From Octopus sinensis (lineage: Eukaryota): a stretch of 64,000 nucleotides of DNA. Numbering within the stretch: position 1 is the stretch's first letter; the number at the start of each line of letters is the position of its first letter. The notes under the pieces are model-generated. The model saw nothing but the letters and a program-made list of their open reading frames with translations. It did not search any database and was not told where the DNA came from. Both the position numbers and the translations under genes were made by a program. Location: the NCBI RefSeq assembly GCF_006345805.1, contig NC_043014.1, positions 11,718,001 to 11,782,000 of the forward strand, read 5' to 3'. Below are positions 62,700-64,000 of this stretch, in pieces.

Positions 62700-63252
62700 T
62701 TATGTGTGTGTGTGTGTATACTCACACACGACGGGCTTTACTCGGCCCTAGGCTGTAATAGTACAAGGCAGTCACCCAAGGTGTCACGCAGTGGTTCTGA
62801 ACGCGGAACTACGTGGTTAGAAAGCAAGCTTCTTACCACACAGCCATCCATGCCTGCGCCTATACCTTCATTTTTTTTTTCTGGAAAATAAAGATAAAAG
62901 CAGAAAAGTGAAACCGAGAAAATATGAGAAAAAAGAAGGGGAAAAAGAATAAACAGAAAAGGCAGACTTCCCCACCGAAAAAGACGAGGAAGAAAAAGAC
63001 AGAAGAAAGCAAAAGACAAAGCCTTACTTCCGTTAAGACCATTGTTTACTAGGTTTTCAAAACTAAGTGTTTTTTTTCTTTTCTTTTTTTAATAACCTGT
63101 CTAGCGGAAAGTTTCGACAATTAACTCTCGATAAAGGTACATAATAGGCACGAGAGTGGCGGCGCAGAGGAGGTGGGGGGTGGGTGTGGGGGGGGGAGAA
63201 TAAAGAACAAAACAGAATAATAACTCTCACCACTAATAAAATATATACATAT

Positions 63253-63417
63253 AGGCGTAGGAGTGGCTGTGTGGTAAGTAGCTTGCTTACGAACCACATG
63301 GTTCCGGGTTCAGTCCCACTGCGTGGCACCTTGGGCAAGTGTCTTCTGCTATAGCCTCAGCCGACCAAAGCCTTGTGAGTGGACTTGGTAGACGGAAACT
63401 GAAAGAAGCCTGTCGTG

Positions 63418-63454
<37 letters not shown>

Positions 63455-63655
63455 ATATGTTTGTGTTTGTCCCCCTAGCATTGCTTGACAACCGATGCTG
63501 GCGTGTTTACATCCCCGTCACTTAGCGGTTCGGCAAAAGAGACCGATAGAATAAGTACTGGGCTTACAAAGAATAAGTCCCGGGGTCGATTTGCTCGACT
63601 AAAGGCGGTGCTCCAGCATGGCCGCAGTCAAATGACTAGAACAAGTAAAAGAGTA
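63253..63655 (+). mobile_element. tRNA-derived SINE family B (~400 bp, internal (TA)n(TG)n, AAGAGT-type tail), representative copy
   Basis: Head AGGCGYAGGAGTGGCTGTGTGGTAAG (A-box-like), GGTTCAGTCCC (B-box-like), CORE/V-like cttgggcaagtgtctt, an internal microsatellite, and a 3' end gcagtcaaatgactgaaacaagtaaaagag. Confidence 0.85.
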
Positions 63656-64000
63656 TATAAATAGATAGGCTGTGTGGTAAGGAATTGGCTTCCAAACCAC
63701 ATGGTTCCGGGTTCAGCCCACTACGCGGAAACTTAACTCTAGTGTCGGATCTTTTCAGTTTTTTCTAGCGGTGACACATGAAATTGTCACCCATAATTAA
63801 GACCCTAGTATCGATCCATTGCATTTCAATCTGTTTTAGGGTTAGTTAGGGGTGGGGGGAAGGGTATCTTTTTTTTCTTCAGAAATGTAAATAAACCCAA
63901 TCTGTTGCTTAAATGAGGGACATATACGGCACAGAATGTTTTCACCTCAATAGACGTCATGGATTGGCTGAAATTGCAGAAATTGAAGAAAAAAAACAAC

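Overview
AT-rich eukaryotic genomic DNA dominated by microsatellites ((TA)n, (TG)n, (TACA)n, (AAT)n, (TATC)n) and transposons. The repeat landscape looks like an octopus/coleoid cephalopod genome (inference, not verified). Almost all short ORFs in the track are microsatellite or SINE artefacts. Only one host protein-coding locus is supported: a minus-strand, essentially single-exon, divergent AF4/FMR2 (AFF/lilliputian)-like gene at ~36014-38985. It is split into two overlapping ORFs in a -1 relationship. The mobile content is at least three tRNA-derived SINE families (dozens of copies); CR1, L1/Tx1 and R4/Dong LINE fragments; mariner, maT and Tc1 remnants; hAT and pogo-like MITEs; and a Helentron-type non-autonomous element. 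The most unusual non-genic structures are (i) an 8 x 139-bp tandem array at 14774-15877 in which each unit is a 39-bp fold-back hairpin made from a SINE B-box region plus captured flank, (ii) short elements in microsatellites that carry minimal type-I hammerhead ribozyme motifs, and (iii) a set of long palindromes embedded in (TA)n. All protein and family assignments come from motif recognition by eye; no database search was run.
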